Origin: a virus
Taxonomy: Duplodnaviria; Caudoviricetes
Virus record (IMG/VR): IMGVR_UViG_3300020340_000009
Coordinates: 1 to 28,451 of that record
DNA length: 28,451 nt
Strand: one strand, 5' to 3'
The stretch's first letter is position 1; every line of letters starts with the position of its first letter. The notes below the pieces were generated by a model. That model worked only from the letters and a program-made list of their open reading frames with translations, was not told the DNA's origin and did not search any database. This document shows positions 7,018 to 14,411 of the stretch, piece by piece. The translations under genes and the position numbers were made by a program.

Positions 7018-7715
7018 TGAATTTGTTTAATCATGTTGGTGATCTGACTCCTGTTGAGATGACCGCTGAAATGGTAGACGGAAAGCGCGTCTACCTCACG
7101 CCATCTGGTAAACAGTACCCCTCAATCACCACTGTGATTAGCAATAATGCTAAGAAGCAAGCGGGTCTTGCTAAGTGGAGGGCACGTGTCGGTAAGGAGA
7201 AAGCAGCAGCAATTTCTGCTCGCTCCGCAGGACGCGGTACAAAATACCACTTGATCGCTGAAGATTATTTCAACAACGATCTTGACCTGAAAAAGTACAA
7301 GGATTATCCTCTCCCTGTGCTAATGTTTCAGCATTCTCGCTCTGTTCTGGACCGTATAAATAATATTTACTTACAGGAAGCGGCACTATACTCTGATCAT
7401 CTTGAAGTCGCTGGTCGCGTTGACTGCATCGCAGAGTTTGATGGAGTGTTGTCCATCATTGATTTTAAGACTGCCGCTGAACCTAAGAGAGAATCATATT
7501 TGTACGACTATTTGGTGCAAGAAACTGCTTATGCATGTTGCTTGCAAGAGCTTTACGGTTTGTCTGTGAAGCAACTTGTTACTATTGTTGCATGTGAAAA
7601 CGGGGAGACGCAAGTACATGTTACTCCTCCCAAAAAAGAATACTTGCTCAAATTAATCCAGTACATAGACGAATACCAAACCCGATATGGAAAAAAAGAA
7701 TCTACTAGAAGATAA
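7017..7715 (+). CDS. PD-(D/E)XK exonuclease
   Basis: YPSITTV, RGTKYH, AGRVDCIAEFDG..IIDFKT, QETAY. Confidence 0.9.
   Translation: MNLFNHVGDLTPVEMTAEMVDGKRVYLTPSGKQYPSITTVISNNAKKQAGLAKWRARVGKEKAAAISARSAGRGTKYHLIAEDYFNNDLDLKKYKDYPLPVLMFQHSRSVLDRINNIYLQEAALYSDHLEVAGRVDCIAEFDGVLSIIDFKTAAEPKRESYLYDYLVQETAYACCLQELYGLSVKQLVTIVACENGETQVHVTPPKKEYLLKLIQYIDEYQTRYGKKESTRR
7355..7362 (+). promoter_or_regulatory. T4-type late promoter
   Basis: TATAAATA exact match upstream of gp33. Confidence 0.45.
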
Positions 7716-7941
7716 ATTTATGACAAGCGCGAAGTTCTCACAAGAAGTAGAGAAGATTGCATTAACCAATGCGGACATGAACTATATTGATGCTGTGCTG
7801 CATCTATGTGAGGTTAATGAGATTGAAGTAGAATCCGTACCCAAATTGATCTCCAAACCACTAAAGGAGAAGCTTAAATATGAAGCACAGAAGTTAAACT
7901 TCATAAAGAAAACGTCCCGAGCAAAATTAATGTTAGTGTAA
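7687..7941 (+). CDS. gp33: Late transcription co-activator gp33
   Basis: FSQEVEKI..MNYIDAV..CE.NEIEVE..PKLISKPLKEKLKYEA; synteny with gp32. Confidence 0.9.
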   Translation: MEKKNLLEDKFMTSAKFSQEVEKIALTNADMNYIDAVLHLCEVNEIEVESVPKLISKPLKEKLKYEAQKLNFIKKTSRAKLMLV

Positions 7942-8285
7942 TGAGTGATTTTTTCCAGTCCGAATTAGTCCGAGGTGACATCCAAGAGATGACCACACTT
8001 CAGGAGTTCTGCTTCCGTTGTGCGATGAATCTCTCACTGCTGGACAAAGAAGAAAAACTTGAATACTTTGAAGCTTTAGAAAGACTGATTGAAAAACAAA
8101 AGATTTTTCATGCGAGAATCTGTTTGAGTGATGACCCTGAAGCACAGTCCGTTGCTGAGAGCATCAAGAAAGCAGTTGTCCTGTTGGGTGGGGACGAAAA
8201 TCTTAATCCAAATGATATGTTTGATGAACTGTTGGGCAAGGTCCGTCAGTTTAAGGACGTTCTTAAGACTGGCACAGAAGGTTGA
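7941..8285 (+). CDS. DUF1825-like hypothetical protein
   Basis: FFQSELV...LIEKQKIFHARICLSDDPEA pattern. Confidence 0.7.
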   Translation: MSDFFQSELVRGDIQEMTTLQEFCFRCAMNLSLLDKEEKLEYFEALERLIEKQKIFHARICLSDDPEAQSVAESIKKAVVLLGGDENLNPNDMFDELLGKVRQFKDVLKTGTEG

Positions 8286-8310
8286 CGCCTGACCTGCCAC
8301 CTGTTATTAT
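8282..8310 (+). promoter_or_regulatory. Sigma70-like promoter of gp32
   Basis: TTGACG-N17-TATTAT with TG extension, preceded by ACTGGCACA. Confidence 0.65.
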
Positions 8311-8399
8311 AACTTCGTTGGGCAGACGGGACTGGGAGACTGGTTCGCACGTAAGACCCAACACTCAAACCAAATCCAAACTAATCCGAGGTAATCTAA

Positions 8400-9335
8400 A
8401 TGTCATTCGCAGATCTGAAGCGTAAATCCCAGAACAATCTACAGTTCCTTCAAAAAGAACTGGAGAAATCCGCCAGCGGTAAGCAGGTTGATGAGAGATT
8501 CTGGAAACCCGAGGTTGACGCTTCTGGAAATGGATACGCTGTTATCCGTTTCCTCCCAGCACCTGAGGGCGAGACTGTCCCTTGGGCAAAAGTGTACTCC
8601 CACGCCTTCCAAGGTCCTGGTGGTTGGTACATTGAGAATTCACTCACCACTCTTGGCGACAAGGATCCCGTTGGTGAAGTGAACCGCCGTCTCTGGAACA
8701 GCGGTAGTGATGAAGACAAAGAGACTGCTCGTAAGCAGAAGCGTAAGCTCCAGTATTACAGCAACATCTATGTCGTGAAGGATCCTAAGCACCCTGAGAA
8801 CGAGGGCAAGGTGTTCCTCTACAAGTATGGCAAGAAGATCCATGACAAGATCCTTGCCGCAATGCAACCCGAGTTCCAAGACGAGACTCCAGTCAATGTT
8901 TTTGATCTCTGGGAGGGTGCTAACTTTAAACTGAAGATCAAAAAGGTCGCAGGTTACTGGAACTATGATAGCTCTGAGTTTGATTCTGTTTCTGCTCTTT
9001 CTGCAGACGATGACGAACTTGAAGCAACCTGGAAGCAGGAATATTCCTTGGAAGCGTTCACTAACAAGGACCAGTTCAAAACCTACGAAGAACTTGAAAA
9101 GCGATTGAACCTTGTACTTGGTATTACTCAGCGTAATGCTGTGCCTACCGTTGATAGTGAAGAGTATGAACCTGCTGTGTTTGACACTCCTTCTGGTGGT
9201 GGGTTCAACGATGCTGACATCACACCTCAGTCATCGTTCCGTCAGCAGATGAGTGCTCCCTCTCCCGTCAAGGAAGAGGCAATCGTTGAAGATGATGATG
9301 CCCTGTCCTACTTTGCTAAACTGGCGGAGGAGTGA
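8400..9335 (+). CDS. gp32: Single-stranded DNA-binding protein gp32
   Basis: DERFWKP, GNGYAVIRFLP, WYIENSLTT, GANFKLK, acidic tail DDDALSYFAKLAEE. Confidence 0.97.
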   Translation: MSFADLKRKSQNNLQFLQKELEKSASGKQVDERFWKPEVDASGNGYAVIRFLPAPEGETVPWAKVYSHAFQGPGGWYIENSLTTLGDKDPVGEVNRRLWNSGSDEDKETARKQKRKLQYYSNIYVVKDPKHPENEGKVFLYKYGKKIHDKILAAMQPEFQDETPVNVFDLWEGANFKLKIKKVAGYWNYDSSEFDSVSALSADDDELEATWKQEYSLEAFTNKDQFKTYEELEKRLNLVLGITQRNAVPTVDSEEYEPAVFDTPSGGGFNDADITPQSSFRQQMSAPSPVKEEAIVEDDDALSYFAKLAEE

Positions 9336-9451
9336 TGGGAGAAGCAGTACACGCTTGGAACTCCATGTCCTACGGGGAGGGGTTCCTCTTCTCCGTATGG
9401 GTCATCGGAATGTATTACATCAAACTTCGTATGGATAAGTTCATCAAGTGA
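9335..9451 (+). CDS. 38-aa single-TM peptide (absent from ORF track)
   Basis: TGATG coupling to gp32 with GGAGG RBS and GTGA coupling to next ORF; MGEAVHAWNSMSYGEGFLFSVWVIGMYYIKLRMDKFIK. Confidence 0.65.
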   Translation: MGEAVHAWNSMSYGEGFLFSVWVIGMYYIKLRMDKFIK

Positions 9452-9633
9452 ACAAAATTATGCAAGTCCTAGGACACCCAGTCACGCTGTTTAATCTGAT
9501 GTTGGTTGGATTCTTAGCAATCATTGAAGTGGTCCACACCAGATCACACTACACTATGGAGAAAGATGTTCACGGTCATGTGCATCAGTTCTTGAGAAAG
9601 AATCCTGATACATGTGACAAAATTGATTATTGA
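9448..9633 (+). CDS. Small membrane protein, His-rich C-terminus
   Basis: One TM segment; coupled to the preceding ORF. Confidence 0.6.
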   Translation: MNKIMQVLGHPVTLFNLMLVGFLAIIEVVHTRSHYTMEKDVHGHVHQFLRKNPDTCDKIDY

Positions 9634-9684
9634 GTTCTGCAAAACTGGGAAAATTTTTCCCGTATATTTTTCACTCAAAAGGTC
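9619..9684 (+). repeat. Dispersed ~65-bp A/T-tract element, copy 2
   Basis: AAAATTGA(9619)...GGAAAATTTTTCCCG(9662)TATATTTTTCACTCAAAAGGTC. Confidence 0.7.
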
Positions 9685-9706
9685 GCACTAAACTGCGACC
9701 TTTTTT
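9677..9706. terminator. Bidirectional terminator between convergent units
   Basis: AAAAGGTCGCA-CTAAAC-TGCGACCTTTTTT. Confidence 0.8.
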
Positions 9707-10359
9707 AGTCTCTCGGATATGAAGTCAGACGAGTCTGAGTATTTGTTTGCTGATTTAAACTCAGAGACAAATCTAGTGAAGTATGTTGGTTTTAATAAGA
9801 AAATCTCGCGTTTCTTTTCATTTTCACTAATTTCGTACTCGTAGTTCGTAACTGGTTTAGAAACGGTGTTGCCAGGAACAGATTTGTATACAGACCCATC
9901 CCAGTATTCAAATGATCCTGAGAAAAATTTTTGATCAACAACAATACCTGCTTCTAAAGCATTGACGGTGATACCATCAACTTCTTGGTCAGTTTTTACT
10001 TCTAAGGTTTCATAATGATGTATTCCTGCATATGATTCATTGAAACCATACTTTTCTTCTGAATATGTTGCAAGTTGTGCGTCTTCTAGAGGAAGACCAA
10101 ACATCGGATTGATCATATTATTTGTCAATGCAATCACCCAGTCGTATGATGGATCTCCAAATGCCTCATTTGCAATAGTGTCAAGTCTATCACCACTTAC
10201 TACAGCATATTTTGTATAAAATACACTATAACTGAATAGGTCTTTGTTTATTTGAAACCTACGAAAGAAATTCTTAGCAGTAATATAATCCGACTCAGAG
10301 AACGGATAACTGATAGGTTTTAAATCGTATTTGATGTCTGGAATTAATGAAAAATACAT
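9688..10359 (-). CDS. gp53: Baseplate wedge subunit gp53
   Basis: MYFSLIPDIKY, GDRLDTIA..AFGDPSYDWVI (LysM-like), IHHYET, NEKKREI. Confidence 0.9.
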   Translation of the reverse strand: MYFSLIPDIKYDLKPISYPFSESDYITAKNFFRRFQINKDLFSYSVFYTKYAVVSGDRLDTIANEAFGDPSYDWVIALTNNMINPMFGLPLEDAQLATYSEEKYGFNESYAGIHHYETLEVKTDQEVDGITVNALEAGIVVDQKFFSGSFEYWDGSVYKSVPGNTVSKPVTNYEYEISENEKKREIFLLKPTYFTRFVSEFKSANKYSDSSDFISERLKKVAV

Positions 10360-11540
10360 TAGAACCCTGCCTCAATTTCTTTACTGAATATAAGTTTCGT
10401 TTCTACAAATCTAATACTAAGTTCTGTAGCAACGGGAGAACCATCCCAAAGGGATGCATAAGTTCCATCAGGAGTATAATTTACCTGAACTTGCACAATA
10501 CCACATGGTTTATATTGTGCAATCCAATCATTATTATTAGATCCTTTCATAAAGGTAAATTTACATAGCATAGGAACTTGAATCCAGTTAGATCCAGATA
10601 TCGCTTGATTATTTTGTGCTTTTATAGATTCATTACTACCAAATGTTGGTAAAGATGCTGTTCTAAAAGCATCAACAATTTGTTTGATAATTTTTGCTTC
10701 TGCTTTATTTTGTGGAACTAGTTTAAAAACCATTCCAATTTCTCTCAAATCTGGAGAATCATATAGTAGTTCTGCATTTGGATTTAGAACAACACCTCTA
10801 GTTGATCCTGAAAGATCATTGATACTTAAGTTTCCACCAACACCTGGAATTTTATTAAGAGCACTTGTTTTAAGTGCATCTGATATGGCACCTAAATTTC
10901 CTCTGGTATCTTTAAGAGTATTACCTAGATTACTGAAATCACCATTCAATGCAGAAATTGCAGCTGCACCTACCCTTGTAAATTTCTTTCCGACCCAGTT
11001 TTGTTTTTGTTCAGTGCTCAAATCTTGAGGCATTGGCAATATAATCTGAGTTATTTCCTCACCTAAAACTGTAACAGGTTTAGGTAAGAGATTTTTATCA
11101 GAGATTGAATCATTATAATCTGCTAAAGCATTTACTGCTGGTCTAGAATCCTCGGATGACTTTGCAAAAGGTGGTTGATAAGTTGCAAATTGAAATAAAA
11201 CATAGTCAGTGTCGTTTTCTATCATGTCACCAGGATATTTTTTGACACCTGCACCTGCTCCTGGTTTAATACCTCCTAATACACCAGATTCTGCAGAGAT
11301 TAGATAATCATTTTCGTCAGTAATTCCTTTAGCAATTAACTCATCTTTAAAATGTGCCTTAATCTCTTTAAGTTCTGATTTATTTCTTACTTCAATGTAA
11401 CGACTTATAGATCCTCCGCCATAGTAACCTGTACCAGTTACTAAGGTATACCAAACATTATTTTCTCTATCATACCAATACATGGTGGTTCCTTTATTCC
11501 CCACCTTTTCTGCATTCTTTGGTAATTCCGTTAATGACAT
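10359..11540 (-). CDS. gp48: Baseplate tail-tube cap gp48
   Basis: IILPMPQD, NPNAELLYDSPDLR, VNYTPDG, ELSIRFVETK; synteny. Confidence 0.85.
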   Translation of the reverse strand: MSLTELPKNAEKVGNKGTTMYWYDRENNVWYTLVTGTGYYGGGSISRYIEVRNKSELKEIKAHFKDELIAKGITDENDYLISAESGVLGGIKPGAGAGVKKYPGDMIENDTDYVLFQFATYQPPFAKSSEDSRPAVNALADYNDSISDKNLLPKPVTVLGEEITQIILPMPQDLSTEQKQNWVGKKFTRVGAAAISALNGDFSNLGNTLKDTRGNLGAISDALKTSALNKIPGVGGNLSINDLSGSTRGVVLNPNAELLYDSPDLREIGMVFKLVPQNKAEAKIIKQIVDAFRTASLPTFGSNESIKAQNNQAISGSNWIQVPMLCKFTFMKGSNNNDWIAQYKPCGIVQVQVNYTPDGTYASLWDGSPVATELSIRFVETKLIFSKEIEAGF

Positions 11541-12232
11541 TATTTCACCATCTCTGTGTCTCTGCGTTTACCATATCCACGTACCACTCTCCTCCCTTTA
11601 ATGCGATCATAGTAGTTTTCTTCAGTTTCATCCCATACAAGTTCTTTGGTGTATGGAAATTTACCAGCACTACCTTTGACATTACGAACAAAGTTTTCAA
11701 GTGGTAGTAGAATCGCAGTATCCCATTCTGAAGCGGCAAGGTCAAGCATGAAACCATCTACTTGACTGGTTAAGTATTTATGGAAGCATTTCTTAGGAAT
11801 GTCAATTCTTCCTTCCATTAATCTTTGGATCACCATGATACGCTTCTTAGGTTTCATGTAATGTAAATTACATCCCCAAAATTCATCTGGAGTTGCTCTC
11901 ATCACATACACTAAAGGAAACTCATCATAGTAAGGTAACCACTTCATCTTTGCTTTATATTCAAACATGTAGAGGTGACCTGAGACTGCATATCTTCTCA
12001 GTAGATTTTCATCTAGTTCTTCTTCTTGCCCTCTGTTATCAATTCTTTCTTGTCTGATAACTTTTGCTGGGTCTTTTTTATAGTCACTTGCTGCCTTCTT
12101 GACAGCATTCTTGTACCAGTTGTAACTTTGTTTCTCACCGCCAGTCATCTCTGTTATTTTTTCAAACAGAGTTGTATAGCCAGTGTCATTTTTTACAGCA
12201 TTACGCTGAATAGTTGCAAATCCTTGTGCCAT
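11540..12232 (-). CDS. gp2: DNA end protector gp2
   Basis: LYMFEYKAK..LPYYDEFPLV, FWGCNLHY, HKYL, EWDTAILLP. Confidence 0.85.
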   Translation of the reverse strand: MAQGFATIQRNAVKNDTGYTTLFEKITEMTGGEKQSYNWYKNAVKKAASDYKKDPAKVIRQERIDNRGQEEELDENLLRRYAVSGHLYMFEYKAKMKWLPYYDEFPLVYVMRATPDEFWGCNLHYMKPKKRIMVIQRLMEGRIDIPKKCFHKYLTSQVDGFMLDLAASEWDTAILLPLENFVRNVKGSAGKFPYTKELVWDETEENYYDRIKGRRVVRGYGKRRDTEMVK

Positions 12233-12242
12233 TGCTCTTTAC

Positions 12243-12674
12243 CTAGAATAAGTGATCTTCTGTTAGGATTAAAAAATTCATCTGCCTATCCTCACAGAAG
12301 TCCTGAGCAGCGTCCCATTTGGCACGGTTCTTGACGAACGTCAGGGCAGCCCGTTTATAGGCAGCAGTCCTTTTGTTTTTGTCATTCGGTGGTTGCGTTT
12401 GTTTCTTGGGTTTTACTTCAATGATATATTTCGTTACATTTCCTGATTTCTCGCGAACTTTAATGTAAAAATCAGGGAAGTATCTATGCACTCGTCCATC
12501 AGTAGGACAACGATATGGAATAATAACTTCTTCACTACCCCACTCTAAAATTGAGGGATTATTGTCACAGAACACCATGAACTTTCGTTCCCAGGATGAT
12601 CTATAGATGATACGAGTAGGATTGCCACGATACTTTTTTGGATTGACTGGTTTGTACAGTCCAGAGTACGCCAT
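12243..12674 (-). CDS. gp4: Head completion nuclease gp4
   Basis: PKKYRGNPTRIIYRSSWE, WGSEE, HRYFPDF, IEVKPKKQT, NRAKW. Confidence 0.95.
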   Translation of the reverse strand: MAYSGLYKPVNPKKYRGNPTRIIYRSSWERKFMVFCDNNPSILEWGSEEVIIPYRCPTDGRVHRYFPDFYIKVREKSGNVTKYIIEVKPKKQTQPPNDKNKRTAAYKRAALTFVKNRAKWDAAQDFCEDRQMNFLILTEDHLF

Positions 12675-12704
12675 AAATATAAAGAGTCCCACGATTATAT
12701 TTAG
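12672..12704. promoter_or_regulatory. Opposed late promoters for gp54-like (+) and gp4 (-)
   Basis: CATAAATA at 12672 (+) and CTAAATA at 12704-12698 (-). Confidence 0.55.
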
Positions 12705-12706
12705 CA

Positions 12707-13417
12707 GTGGCAGGATACGGTCTAAGTAATTTCATGTCAAAAATTGGCGCTAAAGACGGAATGTCTTTATCATCTAACTTTGATGTTCAATTTAAATTTG
12801 ATGGCGCAGACAATCTTATGAGTTCATACACTCAAGATGGTTTTGTTAATATGTTGTGCGATGAAGCGCAATTACCAAATGTTCAATCTGCGGTTGCACA
12901 AAGATCTGGTCGGTATTTGGGAGAGGGTCCCGTATCTTATCCTCACACGAGAATTTTTACAGATTTGAGTTTAGGATTTTTGATGGATGCTCAAATGATG
13001 CCATTGAAATTCTTTACTACATGGTATAATACTATTTTTAGCGAAAAGCAACTAGACTTTGATGGAAGTTTTGAGAGTGTAGGAGCAGTTAATCATCTTG
13101 CTTCTCAGAGAGTTAATAGATTAAGATATTTGGATGAATATTCTTGTACTTTGAGGGTAATTAAAACTGAACCAGATAGTTTAAGTTCTAATGGTAGAGC
13201 TCCTCTTGTGTATTTGTTAGAAAAATGTTATCCTTATTCTATTGATACTGTACCTCTAGCATATGGTAGTTCTCAAGTTGCAAGATTGACTGTAAACTTC
13301 TATTATTCTAGACATACTGTAGCATTTGGAGCGCAGAAGAGAAATCCTGAGTATAAATCTAGTCCAATTGAGACTGGTATGACGTTAAGAGATGGTACAA
13401 TTGAACCTAGTAGATGA
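12707..13417 (+). CDS. Tail-tube initiator gp54-like (tube fold)
   Basis: LCDEAQLP, FFTTWYNTI, YLLEKCYPYSIDTVPLAYG..LTVNFYY; synteny. Confidence 0.75.
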   Translation: MAGYGLSNFMSKIGAKDGMSLSSNFDVQFKFDGADNLMSSYTQDGFVNMLCDEAQLPNVQSAVAQRSGRYLGEGPVSYPHTRIFTDLSLGFLMDAQMMPLKFFTTWYNTIFSEKQLDFDGSFESVGAVNHLASQRVNRLRYLDEYSCTLRVIKTEPDSLSSNGRAPLVYLLEKCYPYSIDTVPLAYGSSQVARLTVNFYYSRHTVAFGAQKRNPEYKSSPIETGMTLRDGTIEPSR

Positions 13418-13482
13418 AAATTGACTTTTTGATTCCGCAAAAGTCGGAAAATTTTTCCCGCTAATTTTTCGGTGAAAAAGTC
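13417..13482 (+). repeat. Dispersed ~65-bp A/T-tract element, copy 3
   Basis: AAAATTGA(13417)...GGAAAATTTTTCCCG(13460)CTAATTTTTCGGTGAAAAAGTC. Confidence 0.7.
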
Positions 13483-13488
13483 ACTAAA

Positions 13489-13496
13489 TATAAATA
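13489..13496 (+). promoter_or_regulatory. T4-type late promoter
   Basis: TATAAATA ~20 nt upstream of gp26 ATG. Confidence 0.8.
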
Positions 13497-13515
13497 TGAC
13501 CTTGGAGTTAATATA

Positions 13516-14229
13516 ATGGCATTGCCAAAAATTGGGTATCCTACGTATGAGGCGGTATTGCCATCTACAGGAAAACCCGTAAAATATCGTCCATTTCTGG
13601 TAAAAGAGGAAAAAGTCCTTCTACTGGCAATGGAGTCGCAGGAAGAAAAGCAAATTGTTAATGCAGTTAAGGATTTGATCAAAAACTGCGTTATTTCAAG
13701 AATTAAGGTTGATTCACTTCCTAGTTTTGATCTTGAATATCTGTTTTTGAAGATCCGAGCAGCGTCGGTTGGAGAAACTGTAACTCTAACCGTTACTTGT
13801 CAAGATGACAATGAAACTACAGTTGAGACAGAAATCAACTTGGATGAAGTTGAAGTTTTTAGACCAGAAGGACATGATCGTAAAATCATGTTTGACGAAG
13901 AATCTGGTATTATCATGAATTATCCTGGTATGAAAGAGTTCGTAGATCGTGAGTTTTTGCGTAAGGATATGCAAACTCAAGAAGTTTACGATTTTATCGC
14001 ATCTTCAATTGATCAGATTTTTCAAGGGGAAGATGTATATGACTCTTCTACTACTACGAAGAAAGAATTCCGCGAATTTGTAGAAAGTCTCACAACAAAG
14101 CAATTTGAAAAAATTCAACAGTTTTACGCTACTGCACCTAAACTTAGTCATAAATTTACTGTTACTAATCCAAACACTGGTGTTGAATCTGAATTCACGA
14201 TTGAGGGGTTACAGAATTTTTTCGCATAG
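13516..14229 (+). CDS. gp26: Baseplate hub assembly protein gp26
   Basis: MALPKI..PTYE..LPSTG..VKYRPFLVKEEKVLL, FDLEYLFLKIRAASVGE, IEGLQNFF. Confidence 0.92.
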   Translation: MALPKIGYPTYEAVLPSTGKPVKYRPFLVKEEKVLLLAMESQEEKQIVNAVKDLIKNCVISRIKVDSLPSFDLEYLFLKIRAASVGETVTLTVTCQDDNETTVETEINLDEVEVFRPEGHDRKIMFDEESGIIMNYPGMKEFVDREFLRKDMQTQEVYDFIASSIDQIFQGEDVYDSSTTTKKEFREFVESLTTKQFEKIQQFYATAPKLSHKFTVTNPNTGVESEFTIEGLQNFFA

Positions 14230-14256
14230 CACTCTTCCAAAACAATTTGGAAGGGT
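14217..14256 (+). other. Candidate programmed -1 ribosomal frameshift signal
   Basis: T_TTT_TTC (14217-14223), 7-nt spacer, stem ACTCTTCCAAA/TTTGGAAGGGT with 4-nt loop; -1 frame is open into gp51. Confidence 0.7.
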
Positions 14257-14264
14257 ATTATAGA

Positions 14265-14411
14265 ATGAACTTTGCTCTCATGCAGTACCATAAATATAGC
14301 TTGACTGAAGTTGAAAATATGATGCCTTGGGAGAGAGAAGTTTATACTACCTTCCTGATGCAATACCTTGATGAAGTCAAACAGAAACAAGAGGCAGCAG
14401 CTAAAAGGTAA
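14265..14411 (+). CDS. gp51: Baseplate hub assembly catalyst gp51 (absent from ORF track; frame open upstream to the slippery site)
   Basis: NFALMQYHKYSLTEVENMMPWEREVY motif; TAATG coupling to next gene. Confidence 0.85.
   Translation: MNFALMQYHKYSLTEVENMMPWEREVYTTFLMQYLDEVKQKQEAAAKR

Noticed and set aside
7017-7715. Cas4-like nuclease as sign of a CRISPR system
   Set aside because: No repeat-spacer array or cas genes in the window; ordinary T4-like exonuclease next to phoH
9371-9397. 12-bp hairpin within the 38-aa ORF after gp32
   Set aside because: Three G-U pairs and no U-tract; cannot be distinguished from chance
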